A stretch of 53,537 nucleotides of DNA from a virus (taxonomy: Duplodnaviria > Caudoviricetes), in the IMG/VR virus record IMGVR_UViG_3300031699_000001, positions 1 through 53,537 of that record; one strand, written 5' to 3'. Numbering within the stretch: position 1 is the first letter of the stretch; every line of letters begins with the position of its first letter. The position numbers and the translations under genes are program-made. Below, in pieces: positions 1 to 7,849 of this stretch. The notes below the pieces were generated by a model. That model saw nothing but the letters and a program-made list of their open reading frames with translations, had not been told where the DNA came from and did not search any database.

Positions 1-120
1 TGCCTAATATTAGGACTTCTTTAGCTTTCCCCATATTCCAAACAAATACTCTATCATCTATATTATATTTATAATATATTCCTATTTTTCTCATTTCACC
101 TCATACTCTATGCTATCGAT
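1..120. repeat. Terminal direct repeat, left copy (circular assembly overlap)
   Basis: Bases 1-120 are identical to 53418-53537. Confidence 0.97.
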
Positions 121-474
121 GTTCTTTATTTTATCCCAGACATCTTGCCATGTGCAACCTAAATCTAACCTTAAATAAAATGATTTTTCTCCAATTCCAC
201 CCCCGAAAAAAGCTGTATCTTTTAGTACAATTTGAAGCAATCCTGCTCGGATAAAAAGAACATCATTTGCATATTCACCTTCTAACCATATATCTCTTTT
301 ATCTTTATGCCTAAAATCAAATGTTTCTAAATCAGATAATTTCTTAATCACCTTATCCTGATAGTCTTTCTTATCCTTTTTCTTGCCGTTTAAATATACA
401 TCTACTTTCATCTTTCTCTCCCTCATGTTTATTATATGTTTTCTAACTTGCGTTGTTAGATAATCATCTTTCAT
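91..474 (-). CDS. Hypothetical phage protein
   Basis: 127-aa ORF in a chain of overlapping minus-strand genes; the true start may be an internal Met. Confidence 0.6.
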   Translation of the reverse strand: MKDDYLTTQVRKHIINMRERKMKVDVYLNGKKKDKKDYQDKVIKKLSDLETFDFRHKDKRDIWLEGEYANDVLFIRAGLLQIVLKDTAFFGGGIGEKSFYLRLDLGCTWQDVWDKIKNIDSIEYEVK

Positions 475-730
475 TTATTTCTTCCCATGGTTTATTAGTA
501 ATCTTTTCTATAAATTTAATATCATTTTCTGAATGTGCGTGCTTATAGCATTTAATAAGTCTACTAATCATTTCTTCCTGCAATTCATTTGCTTTTTCAA
601 GATCGGGTAAATAATCATATACGATATCAAAGACTTCTTTTCCTGTAAATTTTATACTATCATCCATGTTATAATCAGAAATATTCTTTAATTCTTTTTT
701 TATCTTTTCAATAATATCTTTAATTGTCAT
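464..730 (-). CDS. Hypothetical phage protein
   Basis: 88-aa ORF overlapping both neighbours. Confidence 0.6.
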   Translation of the reverse strand: MTIKDIIEKIKKELKNISDYNMDDSIKFTGKEVFDIVYDYLPDLEKANELQEEMISRLIKCYKHAHSENDIKFIEKITNKPWEEINER

Positions 731-933
731 TTATAATACATCCTTGCTATTAGGGGTAAAATTGTTATCCACAATAACAATGCGTTTAAACTTAACGAAG
801 CATATAATAAACTTCTATCAGTAAGTGCCAAGATTGAAAATGCTATAATGCCTACTAGGCAAGCTACACTAAATAATACCATTAGCAACCATACTGAGAC
901 TGCTATTAGTATATGTCTTTGAAATATGTTCAT
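727..933 (-). CDS. Small membrane protein, two predicted TM helices
   Basis: 68 aa with two long hydrophobic stretches; ATGA coupling to neighbours. Confidence 0.6.
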   Translation of the reverse strand: MNIFQRHILIAVSVWLLMVLFSVACLVGIIAFSILALTDRSLLYASLSLNALLLWITILPLIARMYYK

Positions 934-1184
934 CTTGTTATTCCCCCTAAAAAGCTCCCGTATCTACTGTTGTCTTGTAATGCCCGGCGTCTATTAAAAT
1001 TTTGCATTCCTTCTCTTTGATCGCGCCTTAGTTTCTTATGTTCACACTGACCTTTTTCTAGCAGTATAATATTATTTGACAGTATCTCCTCATGGTCTCT
1101 TGACATTATTAACTCAATCTCTTTGCCATCAACTACCTTAAACCATCGAGGGCATACATCACACTCATAATAGCCGTCTTTCAT
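930..1184 (-). CDS. Hypothetical protein with CxxC motif
   Basis: 84 aa, CDVC motif, AAGGA RBS upstream. Confidence 0.55.
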   Translation of the reverse strand: MKDGYYECDVCPRWFKVVDGKEIELIMSRDHEEILSNNIILLEKGQCEHKKLRRDQREGMQNFNRRRALQDNSRYGSFLGGITR

Positions 1185-1207
1185 GTTGTTATCCTTAATA
1201 AAAAATA

Positions 1208-1417
1208 GTTGCTATGGTAAGGATTTGCCTAATTCTAGTTTTGCATAGAACATTAGTATACGGATCACATGGAGCTTAACTAGAAAGCCATCACCGAACG
1301 TCTATGTTATTATTAGTATATTCACCTTACATTTTTAGCTCTCCATATCTAAAAACGTCTTTACCGATTGAACAGGATACCCTGTACGTTGCGTTACCTA
1401 TTCCGCCACATAGCAAC
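1208..1417 (-). ncRNA. Aberrant tRNA-like RNA with expanded anticodon region and a 95-nt T-loop insertion
   Basis: Minus strand: acceptor-like stem GTTGCTATG/CATAGCAAC; Leu/Ser-type D-arm TGGCGGAATAGGTAACGC; variable arm TTTAG/CTAAA; T-stem GTAAGG/CCTTAC. No canonical anticodon loop and no encoded CCA. Confidence 0.7.
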
Positions 1418-1452
1418 CATTTATATTTAATGGAGTTAATCCATAATATCAA

Positions 1453-1725
1453 TTAGCCGCTGCCGTAGCCGTCGCCGTCGCCGTAGCCGTCGCCGTAGCC
1501 GTCGCCGTAGCCGGTGCCGTCGCCGTCGCCGGTGCCGTTGCCGTCGCCGGTGCCGTAGCCGTAGCCGTAGCCGTCGCCGTAGCCGTAGCCGGTGCCGTCG
1601 CCGTAGCCGTTGCCGTAGCCGGTGCCGTCGCCGTAGCCGTCGCCGTAGCCGGTGCCGTCGCCGTAGCCGTCGCCGTCGCCGTACGAATTTAAATTGCTAT
1701 CGTAATTTATAGTTCGTTTTTCCAT
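1453..1725 (-). CDS. Gly-rich (GDGYG/GTG) low-complexity repeat protein
   Basis: 90 aa, mostly G-x dipeptide repeats, encoded by GC-rich hexamer tandem repeats. Confidence 0.7.
   Translation of the reverse strand: MEKRTINYDSNLNSYGDGDGYGDGTGYGDGYGDGTGYGNGYGDGTGYGYGDGYGYGYGTGDGNGTGDGDGTGYGDGYGDGYGDGDGYGSG
1456..1683. repeat. Degenerate hexamer tandem repeat (gccgtc/gccgta/gccggt)n
   Basis: Directly visible GC-rich island in an AT-rich genome; codes for the Gly-rich protein. Confidence 0.95.
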
Positions 1726-2042
1726 ATATCCTCATCGCAGCTTAACATGGCAACAACTGTTAAGTAATCAAACTCTACTAATCCACAATAGTCTAATTGT
1801 GTACTCTCTTGTTTCCCTTCACTAGCTAACTGGCCAAGGCCTCTTTCAGTTCCCCACCTTCGAATATTGTACGCTTTATGAAGTTTACAATCATTATCTT
1901 TTCTCTCAAAAATACCGATCATAACCCAACCACGCTGTAATATTACAATTTTAATATCACCTTTGTACTCAGGTTTTTCTAAGCTATCAATAGGTACATA
2001 GTCTTTACCTTCAATAGTTAGTTTATCAATTTTCTTTTTCAT
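1707..2042 (-). CDS. Conserved phage protein (DUF6948-like)
   Basis: Motif VILQRGWVMIG...AYNIRRWGTERGLGQLA, which I recall occurring upstream of Gly-rich ORFs in other phages. Confidence 0.6.
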   Translation of the reverse strand: MKKKIDKLTIEGKDYVPIDSLEKPEYKGDIKIVILQRGWVMIGIFERKDNDCKLHKAYNIRRWGTERGLGQLASEGKQESTQLDYCGLVEFDYLTVVAMLSCDEDIWKNEL

Positions 2043-2279
2043 TTATTTACTCCTTATAATTAAAAATATCACTTTAGCTTATAATATCAAATGTCTTTAC
2101 ATAATTTTTACTTTTGTATTCCATGTTTTTGGCTTTCTTATCGGCGCAAACTTATTATGATCATTGCATGTATCACATTTCCAACCAACTAAATGCCCTA
2201 GGCAGTTTTTACAAGAGCGTTTTATTTTATGCCGGTAAGTGTAAAGCTGATCTTTTATATCCATAAAAATATTCATGTC

Positions 2280-2320
2280 TATCTCTCTTGTAGCTTGCCT
2301 TTAATGTAATGATCGTATGT
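2280..2320. repeat. 41-bp direct repeat, copy 1
   Basis: tatctctcttgtagcttgcctttaatgtaatgatcgtatgt, identical at 2859-2899. Confidence 0.95.
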
Positions 2321-2433
2321 CTTTAGTTTTCTTTCACTTACTAAATAACTCTTACATATATCACTGTAATTACGATACTTTAATAAAGTTTTATCTCGAT
2401 AGTATTCTCTTATATAGTCTGTTATATTGTCTA

Positions 2434-2832
2434 TCATGATACTTTTAATCCTCTTTTATTATTTCTTCCCATGATTATTGTATCATTACTTATATGAATT
2501 TCTGTTTCCTTGTGTAAACCACATAAAATACAAACTTGATGTATAATAAGAAATTTTTCACGCACAGTCGGTGCAGAAATAGATTGAGCATACTTTATAG
2601 ATTTTCTTGTATCTAAAAAATTATGAGAGCATTTTTCTATTTTAGATTGGTTTAGAGATATATTATTTTTTTTGTCAACAGAAAGCCAATGTGATTCTTT
2701 TTTATAATCAATACTGTCACCAGAAAAAGCAGGTTCCGAACAAGAATAACAAATGCCAGGCACATTGGCTTCTTCCTCATCTAAATTATAAAAACAAATA
2801 TCACAAACATATATTGTATTTAATTTTTCCAT
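2434..2832 (-). CDS. Cys-rich (putative Zn-binding) hypothetical protein
   Basis: 132 aa with CDIC, CYSC and CILC motifs. Confidence 0.6.
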   Translation of the reverse strand: MEKLNTIYVCDICFYNLDEEEANVPGICYSCSEPAFSGDSIDYKKESHWLSVDKKNNISLNQSKIEKCSHNFLDTRKSIKYAQSISAPTVREKFLIIHQVCILCGLHKETEIHISNDTIIMGRNNKRGLKVS

Positions 2833-2858
2833 TCTTTCCCTTCATTATTTAATTTAAT

Positions 2859-2899
2859 TATCTCTCTTGTAGCTTGCCTTTAATGTAATGATCGTATGT
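2859..2899. repeat. 41-bp direct repeat, copy 2
   Basis: Identical to 2280-2320. Confidence 0.95.
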
Positions 2900-3006
2900 T
2901 CTATTTTTTCTCATTCTAAGTATTCTATCTTTTACCCAGTATTGACAACCTTCATAAAATAATCTATCTGCTTTATAATAACCTATTAAATCTTTTGTAC
3001 TGTATA

Positions 3007-3903
3007 TCATAATACTTTTAACACCCACTTATCATTTATTTTAGTCCAGTAATAACCAGCCATGTAAGTTCTATTATGAGTCGTACCAATTAAAAAGTTC
3101 TTATAAACCCATCTTTTTCCGTCAAACTCTTTCAACTCAAAGTGTATATGTTTGCTAGTTATTGCGTGTCCGCTTTCACCGATAAGTCCTATTACTTCAC
3201 CCTTGCTTAGATATTGATTCTCTTTTACTTTTATTTCTGCCAGGTGAAAATACCCTGAGCGTCGTAATGGCTTCCCTTCAATACGATGTTCAATTATTAT
3301 AAAATTGCCACCTTTTTGATCGTAACCTATCTGTATTACGACTCCTGCATTAACTGCATATATTTCTGGTTTATATGGATTAAGCATATCATTTGCGGGA
3401 TGCAATGTCCAGTTTTTTGTCTTGATACTTTCTTGATATATATATTCATAAGACTCATTAAATAATTTCGGGCGCCACCCAAACTCTCCCCACCCGCTAG
3501 GAATATATCCACTATCTGGATTGATAGGATACATATAATCATCATCAAATAAGTTATATTTTAATAATCCATGCGTTTCAATGTTTTGTGCGATTATCAT
3601 AGATGCCATATCGCTTGGTAAGTCTGCTAAGCGTTGGTCTATATCATAAGTCATATTGTCTTTAATATCAATCAATACTTCTTTTAGTCCCTCACCGACT
3701 GCCGGATAATCCGTTGCAATATTTTGTACGATTTGCAATCCCTTATCTATTCGGATGTCTTTTTCTTTGTTTTCTTTTTCTTTTAATTCAATTTGTTTTT
3801 GTTGACTAGCAAGTTTTTGTTTTTGCCATGTAGTTGTCTTGATTAGGTATGATACGAATAGACATGCTATAAGTATCAATGTCATTTTAAGTAAGTACTT
3901 CAT
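3007..3903 (-). CDS. M23 family metallopeptidase with N-terminal membrane anchor and coiled coil
   Basis: HxxxD (HPAND), HxH (HIH), IYAVNAGVV, GGNFIIIEH, YFHL and GEVIGLIGESG motifs; hydrophobic N-terminus. Confidence 0.9.
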   Translation of the reverse strand: MKYLLKMTLILIACLFVSYLIKTTTWQKQKLASQQKQIELKEKENKEKDIRIDKGLQIVQNIATDYPAVGEGLKEVLIDIKDNMTYDIDQRLADLPSDMASMIIAQNIETHGLLKYNLFDDDYMYPINPDSGYIPSGWGEFGWRPKLFNESYEYIYQESIKTKNWTLHPANDMLNPYKPEIYAVNAGVVIQIGYDQKGGNFIIIEHRIEGKPLRRSGYFHLAEIKVKENQYLSKGEVIGLIGESGHAITSKHIHFELKEFDGKRWVYKNFLIGTTHNRTYMAGYYWTKINDKWVLKVL

Positions 3904-3935
3904 TGCTTGGTACTCCTTACATTTTATTAAATGGA

Positions 3936-4178
3936 GCGGGGACTATCTTTCGTATGATAGAATGGCCAGTCGATTAGCCTGCCCCGCATAAATAAAAGCG
4001 GTGTTTTGACTCAATCCAGTTTTGCTTCTTTTATTGTCAATTAGTCGTTTCACCGCTTAATAAAGCAACCTACGATAGTAGTCTAACCATCAAGGCAATG
4101 TATCTAAGTAATACAAGCACTTATCCCTATCCGGCCTACATCATGACTGGTTGGGTGGCCAGCAACTAGGTTGCTTTA
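3936..4178 (-). ncRNA. Cluster of three tandem stem-closed structured RNA elements
   Basis: Closing stems GCGGGG/CCCCGC (3936-3987), AAGCGGTG/CACCGCTT (3996-4058) and TAAAGCAACCTA/TAGGTTGCTTTA (4061-4178) in an ORF-free gap. Confidence 0.55.
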
Positions 4179-4191
4179 TGATTATCAATCA

Positions 4192-4833
4192 CTATGATAT
4201 TGGATTGCCAATTATATAATAATCAGCTTTTCCTATTATTTTTACCCAGCCTTCCGTTAAGTTTTCCCAAATCTTTGGGGCTCCGTTGTCTTGATACCAC
4301 TCTACAACGCCCACGTCATCAGTTACAATAAATTCAACATCGCTAGTAGTCATTGAAGGGTTAAGTATTTCCCACGGGTCATTAGAACCTTTTGCTCTTA
4401 TGTGAATATCGGGTGAGTTCGCATTGTTACCCTGTGATATCATTTCATACTTAACTCTTATCAAAAGTTTTTGCTTATGGCCCACTAAAGACCCTACATC
4501 AATATAATGCAGTTCATCTTTATAAATTGAGTCATCTCCGGAATAACTGTTTTGACGATATACTATTCCCTTAGCTTCAAAATCATCGGCAATTGTTATA
4601 GGAGAGATAACCGGATCAGATGCATAAAGTTTTCGACCTGAAAGCACTTGTTTCAATATATCGTATGCTGAAGCTGTTGCAATTGGTGTAGGATATATTT
4701 GTTGATTTGTTCCTACTATTTCCCACGTTACGCCATCTCTTATTATAGTTTTTTCGATTGTTTTTTCCCCTGTTGGAGTAGTACACCCCAGAATAAAAAA
4801 TACCATTACAAGTAAAATTAGTAAGTTTTTCAT
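4192..4833 (-). CDS. Lipoprotein; C-terminal domain paralogous to 23013..23438
   Basis: Signal peptide and lipobox MKNLLILLVMVFFILG-C; strong AGGAGG RBS. Confidence 0.8.
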   Translation of the reverse strand: MKNLLILLVMVFFILGCTTPTGEKTIEKTIIRDGVTWEIVGTNQQIYPTPIATASAYDILKQVLSGRKLYASDPVISPITIADDFEAKGIVYRQNSYSGDDSIYKDELHYIDVGSLVGHKQKLLIRVKYEMISQGNNANSPDIHIRAKGSNDPWEILNPSMTTSDVEFIVTDDVGVVEWYQDNGAPKIWENLTEGWVKIIGKADYYIIGNPIS

Positions 4834-4851
4834 AATATATTACCTCCTATA

Positions 4852-5103
4852 TTATTTAACTTCAGTTACGGGAATAAATCCTATAACTCTTTTTATTTTA
4901 TAATTATTTTTGTTTAAATCTGATAACAATATATTTTCTGTTCTGTTATCTTCTAACTCTATAATAAGCTGGATATCATCTATTTTTTTGCTTTGTTTAT
5001 ATAGTTCATGTATTATTTTCGCCTGAGTTATTGAAATAATCGAAATGACAATAACTAAAATACACATTATCAATAACCAAATTGTTAATATTTTCTTTTT
5101 CAT
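4852..5103 (-). CDS. Membrane-anchored hypothetical protein
   Basis: N-terminal hydrophobic helix; AAGGAG RBS. Confidence 0.6.
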   Translation of the reverse strand: MKKKILTIWLLIMCILVIVISIISITQAKIIHELYKQSKKIDDIQLIIELEDNRTENILLSDLNKNNYKIKRVIGFIPVTEVK

Positions 5104-5127
5104 CTTATAACTCCTTTAGGTTTAAAA

Positions 5128-5220
5128 AAAGGTATAGATTGACTATGACCCCGTTATTTTAACGTGTACGGTGCACCCTCAACCCTTTCATAATCTAGTT
5201 GTATTTTTCTCTATACCTTT
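5128..5220 (-). ncRNA. Stem-closed structured intergenic element followed by a U-tract
   Basis: AAAGGTATAGA/TCTATACCTTT closing stem; internal GATTATGA/TCATAGTC, CAAC/GTTG and CGTTA/TAACG pairings. Confidence 0.5.
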
Positions 5221-5246
5221 ATTATAATAGCATATTACTGCTAAAA

Positions 5247-5522
5247 TTACAAGTCTTTTGGTTCAAAGTTACTACAATAATCTTCTTCTATATTCTGACA
5301 TTCCATATAGTTACATGAGTATATATTATCTTCTAAATCACCTTGTTTTTCTACCCATATTTTTAATAGCTTGCAGTTTTTGCATTTAGACTGATCTAAA
5401 AGGGATAATATTTCCCTTGCTTCTAATAACCTTTGATATCTATATTCATCATAATAGATTATTTCATTTTCAAACTCATATTGTTTTATTCTCTCTTCTA
5501 TCTTATCTCTTAACCAGTTCAT
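5247..5522 (-). CDS. Hypothetical protein with Cys-rich C-terminus
   Basis: 91 aa, CKNC...C...CSNFE. Confidence 0.6.
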   Translation of the reverse strand: MNWLRDKIEERIKQYEFENEIIYYDEYRYQRLLEAREILSLLDQSKCKNCKLLKIWVEKQGDLEDNIYSCNYMECQNIEEDYCSNFEPKDL

Positions 5523-5718
5523 TGTTTAGTCCTTATATTTATCTATCTTAACCATAGTTTCTTTAATTTTTAATAAAACATCTGTTATGAAATAATCATA
5601 GTCTAACGCCTCATACTTCTTTTTATATTCATGTAAGGCGTCACTCATAATATTTATATCATTTTTTCTTAATTTAACTAAATATTCCTTTTCTTCCATC
5701 ACTCACTCCTTTATACCT

Positions 5719-5746
5719 ATATTACTACTTAATTATAGATTGTCAA
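5719..5746 (-). promoter_or_regulatory. Sigma70-like promoter
   Basis: TTGACA-N16-TAATAT upstream of a GGAG RBS. Confidence 0.5.
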
Positions 5747-5885
5747 ATTTATTTAATGTTTTTTTACAATTTAATTCTTTTATCATATCATATAATTTTA
5801 ACGCCTCAATAACTTTTTGGTTTTCATAGAGCTTAAATATTGTAATGCTATTTGTTGATGTGCTTAAATAGTTTTTATTCATTGT

Positions 5886-6092
5886 TTACCTCTTTTCAAT
5901 TAATTTAATTGCATTAGGGTATAAAGTTTGGAAGCATCTATAATTATAGTCATTTTCTCTCATCTCAGAACGCATACAGTGAATATTATCAATTAAACTG
6001 TTTAATGCGAACTCTTTGGATTCACCGCTTCCTACTATCCCGTCTATGTCTGCAAAATATATATGCAATAATTTTTCTATCCGTGGTTTCAT
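5886..6092 (-). CDS. Hypothetical protein
   Basis: 68-aa ORF with AGGAG RBS. Confidence 0.5.
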   Translation of the reverse strand: MKPRIEKLLHIYFADIDGIVGSGESKEFALNSLIDNIHCMRSEMRENDYNYRCFQTLYPNAIKLIEKR

Positions 6093-6101
6093 TGTTTTCT
6101 C

Positions 6102-6431
6102 CTATTGTAGTTTAATCCCTTCGTACTTACATATTATTCCTACTGCCTTGTCATAGTCTCTTATTTCGTGCCAGATATAACCACGATCAAGTAGGTAATC
6201 GCGCCACTCAATTTGCTTTTCTGTTAGGCTATTGTAGTCAAGTTTATATTCAAATAATAACGGCTTCCCACCCTTGACATATATTTCGTCGTCCGGAATA
6301 CCCTTATACTTTTCGTTAGCGTACTTTCTATATTTTTGTTGATGTTGGTTGTTTTCTTTAATGCGGTATTTTATGCCGAGTGTATCACAGAATTGATGTA
6401 CTTTGTTTTGTAGGTCTGTTTTTTCACTCAT
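6102..6431 (-). CDS. VRR-NUC domain nuclease
   Basis: KGIPD...LLFEYK...LTEKQIEW...L...GY, a PD-(D/E)xK VRR-NUC pattern. Confidence 0.8.
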   Translation of the reverse strand: MSEKTDLQNKVHQFCDTLGIKYRIKENNQHQQKYRKYANEKYKGIPDDEIYVKGGKPLLFEYKLDYNSLTEKQIEWRDYLLDRGYIWHEIRDYDKAVGIICKYEGIKLQ

Positions 6432-6741
6432 TGATATACTCCGTTATAAAAGCACTTGTTAGCCTCTCATTGCCACGCTGTTTTATTAGGTCGACTAAGC
6501 GGTTGCATTTTTGATCAATCATTCCAATATTATACGAGTCATTACAATCAGTACCTTTTTTACTGCATGCGCTTACTAAGTTCATATTGTGTGCAACAAT
6601 CTTGCTGGTATATTTTTTACGGTTTACTTTTGTGTTTGCTATTCGGTGTGCAATGCGAGTAGCGTATATACCACATTTTTGGCATACATTATTATCGAGT
6701 TCATATCTGATTAAATATTGTTGTACTTTTGAGTCAACCAT
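6424..6741 (-). CDS. HNH-like Zn-binding protein
   Basis: DNNVCQKCG...AHRI...NLVSACS...CN pattern. Confidence 0.6.
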   Translation of the reverse strand: MVDSKVQQYLIRYELDNNVCQKCGIYATRIAHRIANTKVNRKKYTSKIVAHNMNLVSACSKKGTDCNDSYNIGMIDQKCNRLVDLIKQRGNERLTSAFITEYINE

Positions 6742-7096
6742 TTTTACCTTTTGTTGGTTTGATTTCTGGGTGTAAATGTATTCCAGTAATAACTTGTTTT
6801 ATTAAATCATTAAATGTTGCGTTTTTGCCTGTCCCTACTTTTGGCACATCACAAAAAGTACAATTCATAGAACATCCGTATTGAGTAGATATTGTAATAA
6901 CCCATTTTTCAGTTAGTGGTATTATATTACAATTCGGGACTCCATTTATTTCTTTATGCAATCCTAAAAAATCAGCTTTTAAGTTTTTTTCTTTACCATA
7001 ATCACCAATAGATAGACATTCTAAATTGCCTTTTTCGCCTTCAACAATTAAAATATTTCCTGTTGGCACTTTAATGTTTTTAATTATTTTCATCAT
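6734..7096 (-). pseudogene. Truncated RlmN-like radical SAM protein (N-terminal fragment)
   Basis: ISTQYGCSMNCTFC (CxxxCxxC in RlmN/Cfr context); the ORF stops at 120 aa, before the MGEP motif. Confidence 0.8.
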
Positions 7097-7129
7097 AACT
7101 CCTTATAGTTACATAAATTAAGCTAGTTG

Positions 7130-7393
7130 TCAAGTTCTTAATCCCTCTAAAAACTTCATAAAATAATATGGTGTGTATGAAAATACATTACCTTCTTTAT
7201 CAAAAATCATTATCTCTTTATCTTCTTCAAATATAAATTTATCATTTACTTTTATTGAATCAAACTCATAATAATTATCTTTAGTAAAAATTATATAATA
7301 TTTTAATCTTCCATTCCAGCAATCGTGTCTAGGTTCAACATTAAGCTCAGTAAGTTTTTTATTTATACTATCTGTTATTTCAGTTATAGTCAT
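7130..7393 (-). CDS. Hypothetical protein
   Basis: 87-aa translationally coupled ORF. Confidence 0.55.
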   Translation of the reverse strand: MTITEITDSINKKLTELNVEPRHDCWNGRLKYYIIFTKDNYYEFDSIKVNDKFIFEEDKEIMIFDKEGNVFSYTPYYFMKFLEGLRT

Positions 7394-7638
7394 AGTGACT
7401 CCTTTGCTTTTTGGATTAACCGGTCAAACTCTGATTTAAGTATACTACCTTCATTTTTGTATAATACATTATATGTTTTTTCTAATAAATCAAGCATCTC
7501 TTGCTTTAAGTCGGATTCTTTTTCAAGTTCTTCTAATACCCATTGTAACAATCCGATTGAGTTCATGGTATTTACAAAGTCTTTTTTACTGTTTGCTTCT
7601 AGCTTAATTCTATCTTCTATTTTCTCTTTCAATCCCAT
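7390..7638 (-). CDS. Hypothetical protein
   Basis: 82 aa, AAGGAG RBS. Confidence 0.55.
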   Translation of the reverse strand: MGLKEKIEDRIKLEANSKKDFVNTMNSIGLLQWVLEELEKESDLKQEMLDLLEKTYNVLYKNEGSILKSEFDRLIQKAKESL

Positions 7639-7840
7639 TGATTAACTCCTTTTTACAATTATTATCTAAATATTCAGGTGTAGCTTTAGTTTGGCTTGGG
7701 ACATCACCACTATAATCAAACTCACACATCCACGTTATAGATGATATACTATCAATCTCTTTCTGTATTATAGCACGCTTGCCTTCATAGTCTGCTTTGT
7801 AAAATGCTTTTCTTGCTTTATGTATTTGTTTTAGTGTCAT
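7610..7840 (-). CDS. Hypothetical protein
   Basis: 76 aa, GAGG RBS. Confidence 0.5.
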   Translation of the reverse strand: MTLKQIHKARKAFYKADYEGKRAIIQKEIDSISSITWMCEFDYSGDVPSQTKATPEYLDNNCKKELINGIERENRR

Positions 7841-7849
7841 TGTGTTACC

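Noticed and set aside
1208-1417. Canonical tRNA-Leu/Ser gene or tmRNA
   Set aside because: There is no 7-nt anticodon loop, the T-loop is interrupted and no CCA is encoded. It is too short for tmRNA and lacks tmRNA ends.
1456-1683. GC-rich repeat as a CRISPR array or DGR variable region
   Set aside because: It is a contiguous hexamer tandem repeat with no spacers and it encodes Gly-x dipeptides. No reverse transcriptase or cas operon is present.
3996-4058. Hammerhead ribozyme (GAAAC plus CTGGATTGAG)
   Set aside because: The core deviates from CUGANGA, and stems I and III cannot be formed in the required arrangement.
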